From positions 1 to 38,460 of the IMG/VR virus record IMGVR_UViG_3300032203_000003: a DNA stretch of 38,460 nt; one strand, given 5' to 3'. The notes under the pieces were generated by a model. That model was not told the DNA's origin, searched no databases, and saw only the letters and a list, made by a program, of their open reading frames with translations. Below, piece by piece: positions 35,484 through 38,460 of the stretch. Origin of the DNA: a virus (Duplodnaviria > Caudoviricetes). A program made the position numbers and the translations under genes. The stretch's first letter is position 1. Each line of letters starts with the position of its first letter.

Positions 35484-36013
35484 TGGGAAACCGAATTGAT
35501 GTAGATAGCCTGTCCACCATTACTGACCACTTAAAAGCACTGGCAGAGATCAATGATTCAATTGCCGACATCCGTTACCAACTCGATTACAGCAACGGTG
35601 GTGATGGCTGGCGCCGGCGGGCCGGAATGGCGCTGCATAAATGCAAGAGCATTCGAACAGCGATTCAAGGGCGGCTGGCCATTCTACGCCAAAAGGCGAA
35701 AGTACAGAACGTGGAGCTGCATGTCCGCACAAACGATCTGTTAGTGAAAGAACTTAAGAAACATGTATCAGAGAGCGTATTTAAAGCCTGTGAACTGATG
35801 GCCTGGGCAGGAACGGCTACTGAATATTTAACGCCACCGGTTGAAGACCAAACGGATGAATTTGCCGATCAGGTTATCGGCACAAAGACCCAAATAGTCC
35901 GTTTGCCGCCAACGGTACCTCTGTTTTCTTCCAGGGCATTTATGGATGCCGATGCTCTAATCAAATTCGTTGAGGCTCAGGGATACATTGTGGAGGTGAC
36001 AAATGAACCTTGA
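35480..36013 (+). CDS. Hypothetical protein
   Basis: GGAGG RBS; overlaps its neighbours. Confidence 0.7.
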   Translation: MMGNRIDVDSLSTITDHLKALAEINDSIADIRYQLDYSNGGDGWRRRAGMALHKCKSIRTAIQGRLAILRQKAKVQNVELHVRTNDLLVKELKKHVSESVFKACELMAWAGTATEYLTPPVEDQTDEFADQVIGTKTQIVRLPPTVPLFSSRAFMDADALIKFVEAQGYIVEVTNEP

Positions 36014-36212
36014 TTGCGTACCCATTTCTAGTTACTGCCGTGAAGCGGGAGAAACGGTAGAAGCCATTAACAAACGGATACAAAGGGGAGTATGGCTTGA
36101 GGGGGTTCATGTATTAAAAGTCGATGGCGTAAAAGAAAGGTGGATTGACTTAACAGAGGTTTCAAAATGGGCAAGAAAGAACAAGGATCGCCTTCACTCC
36201 CAAGAGGAATAA
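36003..36212 (+). CDS. xis: Excisionase
   Basis: 69 aa, DCVPIS.YC...GET.EAI.KRIQRGVW; overlaps the integrase start. Confidence 0.85.
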   Translation: MNLDCVPISSYCREAGETVEAINKRIQRGVWLEGVHVLKVDGVKERWIDLTEVSKWARKNKDRLHSQEE

Positions 36213-37375
36213 CAATCCGGGAGCACAAAACAGGAAGTACGCTGGTTATCACCTTCACCTATAAAGGGGTTCTCTGTCGGGAATCCCTTTCCCAGACTGA
36301 AGTTAATAGCAAAAATATAAAGTATGCTGAAAGGCTCCTGGGTGAAATCCAGAACAAGATCGGCACGGGAGAATTCGTTTATGCGGAACAATTCCCCAAG
36401 TCGAAAAAGCTGGCATTGTTTGGCAACGTAAAGCGCACTCGAACCATAAAAGAGTACCTTGATGAATACCTGGTTATCTGTGAAAAACGCAACCTGTCGC
36501 CGTCGAGTATTGTCGGATATCAAAAATGTAAATCGGCACTGTCAGCACTGCATAAACTACCAGTAACCGAACTGACGCCGGCAATATTAAAAAATTGGAT
36601 AACCCAACAGAAAACAACGCTAAAAACCATCAGGAACCGATTGTCGTTCCTGCGCAGCGCGATTGACGAAGGCGTGACTGATGGCCTCATCAGCGTAAAC
36701 CCAGTAACGCTTGTCAGTGCCTCAAGATACCGAACAGAGGCACCAGGTACCGGCTCAGAATATGAAGTTGATCCGCTGTCTCCGCTAGAGGTAGAGGCCT
36801 TGTATAAAGGTGCCAAATATCAGCAATGGGAAAATCTGTTTCGCTTCGCTTTGCATACTGGAATGCGAAGTTCTGAGTTATGCGCCCTAAGCTGGGATGA
36901 TATCGATTTTGTTGGGAATGTGGCTCATGTGAAATCAGCCAGTGTATCAGGGGTGATAAAGGGAACTAAAACCAAGGCAGGTAAGCGCGGAATTGAATTG
37001 GATAGCGAGGCGTTAAGGGCTCTTGCTGAACAGAAGGAATTTACGTTCCTGTTGGGTGGTTGCGTTTTCCATGATCCAAAAACTGGCAAGCCGTGGGCTG
37101 GCGCTGACGCCATACGTAAAAAGGCTTGGGTGCCAACACTGAAAAAATCAGGGGTTCGGTACCGTAACGCATACCAAACGCGCCACACCTACGCCACGCG
37201 GTTGATCAGCCAGGGAGCTAACCTTTTCTGGCTTTCTGGACAAATGGGCCACAAGGGGCTGGAGATGCTATTCCGTCATTATGGTTCCTACCTTGCCGAA
37301 TATGACGGTAACGCCGGACGCCAGTTCAGTTCCCTCACAGGCAGTGGCCAACCAATGCCGGTAACAAAATGTTAA
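36167..37375 (+). CDS. int: Tyrosine integrase with DUF3596-type arm-binding domain
   Basis: LPRGITIR...ITFTYKG..CRE; TGMRSSE, TKTK, YQTRHTYAT, QMGH, RHYG. Confidence 0.96.
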   Translation: MGKKEQGSPSLPRGITIREHKTGSTLVITFTYKGVLCRESLSQTEVNSKNIKYAERLLGEIQNKIGTGEFVYAEQFPKSKKLALFGNVKRTRTIKEYLDEYLVICEKRNLSPSSIVGYQKCKSALSALHKLPVTELTPAILKNWITQQKTTLKTIRNRLSFLRSAIDEGVTDGLISVNPVTLVSASRYRTEAPGTGSEYEVDPLSPLEVEALYKGAKYQQWENLFRFALHTGMRSSELCALSWDDIDFVGNVAHVKSASVSGVIKGTKTKAGKRGIELDSEALRALAEQKEFTFLLGGCVFHDPKTGKPWAGADAIRKKAWVPTLKKSGVRYRNAYQTRHTYATRLISQGANLFWLSGQMGHKGLEMLFRHYGSYLAEYDGNAGRQFSSLTGSGQPMPVTKC

Positions 37376-37415
37376 TAGAAACAAGACCAAGAAGAGACAA
37401 CGCAAGGACAATGGA

Positions 37416-37498
37416 ATGCACTTATTATGCACACCAGCAAATATTGGAAATAATAAATGTTTAATATCAGTATATTACAGAAAGGAACGGAGCGGGTT
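37416..37498 (+). other. One arm of the att site (arm repeats, IHF site, partial core)
   Basis: ATGCAC direct repeats 37416 and 37427 (11-bp period); TATCAGTATATTA 37465-37477 fits IHF WATCARNNNNTTR; CGGA-GCGGGTT 37488-37498 resembles the tmRNA/tRNA T-arm sequence. Confidence 0.6.
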
Positions 37499-38460
37499 TG
37501 TAGACCCCGACAGAAACCCGTTCAGCTGATACCCTTTCGGCTTCACCGTTCACTGCAACGCAGCCGGAAAGTGTGAAGCCGCCCAGGTAATCATCTGGCA
37601 TCTTTTCAGGCGCACCAGACAACCTGGCGATCGGTGATGCTGCTTTCAAGAATCCGTTTGCATCAACCGTTACGTTATAGTCAGTAAAGACCCGGCTTTC
37701 TTTAACTGTAGTGAGTCCACTAGGGCCTGTTTTCTGCCATGTCGTATCTTTCACAATATCAATGCCAAACATTGCAGTTGGTGAACTGCTAGCAAGGACC
37801 GTTATCGATGGCATGCTGTAAGCAGGTCCAACCATCCACAATTCCCAACGCACTATAGCTGAATTGTATATCGCTCCAAATCTTACGTCCGAACCACCTG
37901 GGCCAATACCAGCAACCATCAGGCCACGGGCATCAAGTGCTGATGATGTAGCATTACGCGCCGAGAATTGGACCAGTTTTATATCCATCCCAGGGTTTCC
38001 ATAGGTCCTGCCAGCCGTTATAAGCAAATGCACACCGGAAACCCCAGTCGTTGTCGCTGCAAGCGTGGCCAATTTTAGATACCCTTGGGCGCCGCCGATT
38101 GTATTAACAATCGCTGGGATCACAACAGCGCGCGAGCTTTCTTTTACAGCGGTAGCCAGTGTGGCTGCCGCATTGCTCTCGCTAACCTTTGCAGCAGCTG
38201 CAGATGCCGCTGATTTATCCGCTGACGCTGCCGCCTCCGCACGCATACGGTCAACGGTTTGAACAATTTCGGGCGTGACATCACTTTCACCGGGGCGGCG
38301 CAGGAAATCATTGAGCGTGCCAGAAAGAGAGTCTGTATAAACCTCTATCGTACCCACCCGCTCTGGCTGAGCACCATAGACAGAGATAATCACTTCATAC
38401 GCACCAGGCTCCACGTTTAATGAATATTGGCCGCTATCATTCGTCACAGATTGAGATTTT
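37467..38460 (-). CDS. Stf-like side tail fibre (3' part; full gene starts at 209, 366 aa), probably C-terminally truncated
   Basis: GTIEVYTDS..GTLNDFL, Ala-rich stalk, VTVDANGFLKAASPI...GVYK, after which it reads into the att arm. Confidence 0.85.
   Translation of the reverse strand, partial: KSQSVTNDSGQYSLNVEPGAYEVIISVYGAQPERVGTIEVYTDSLSGTLNDFLRRPGESDVTPEIVQTVDRMRAEAAASADKSAASAAAAKVSESNAAATLATAVKESSRAVVIPAIVNTIGGAQGYLKLATLAATTTGVSGVHLLITAGRTYGNPGMDIKLVQFSARNATSSALDARGLMVAGIGPGGSDVRFGAIYNSAIVRWELWMVGPAYSMPSITVLASSSPTAMFGIDIVKDTTWQKTGPSGLTTVKESRVFTDYNVTVDANGFLKAASPIARLSGAPEKMPDDYLGGFTLSGCVAVNGEAERVSAERVSVGVYKPAPFLSVIY

Noticed and set aside
38406-38460. 55-bp terminal repeat as a biological direct terminal repeat or attL/attR
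   Set aside because: It lies mid-gene, its length equals a common assembler k-mer, and the phage has a cos/HNH packaging module; best read as a circularisation overlap

Overview
The window is an essentially complete temperate lambdoid siphophage genome of an enterobacterium (Serratia-like by general similarity; this host call is inference). It is assembled as a circle: bases 48-102 repeat bases 38406-38460, giving a unit length of 38,358 bp, and a tail-fibre gene runs across the join. The minus strand carries cro, a Bro-N antirepressor, the replication genes (O-like initiator with iterons, DnaC-like loader, DnaB), Q, the lysis cassette, HNH/cos/terminase, an HK97-type head, a lambda/N15-type tail, cor and two fibre genes. 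The plus strand carries cI, an early operon of mostly unknown ORFs with an SPFH lipoprotein, xis and a tyrosine integrase. Five things stand out. (1) A tRNA-Gly(UCC) gene sits directly upstream of a close homolog of phage Mu Mom (DNA adenine hypermodification) at the head of the Q-dependent late operon, without com but with a hairpin over the mom Shine-Dalgarno: a candidate self-supplying tRNA-dependent DNA-modification (anti-restriction) cassette. (2) An orphan gene between lysis and HNH appears to be a mosaic of segments resembling the phage's own J C-terminus and both tape-measure termini. (3) Bases 1-54 record a 2,074-bp deletion allele removing most of int, the att region and most of a fibre gene, and the att core itself seems fused into the fibre gene. 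(4) A candidate P22 sar-like antisense RNA covers the antirepressor RBS. (5) Two consecutive -1 frameshift sites occur in the tail operon. All identifications come from reading the sequence and recalled family motifs; no searches were run.
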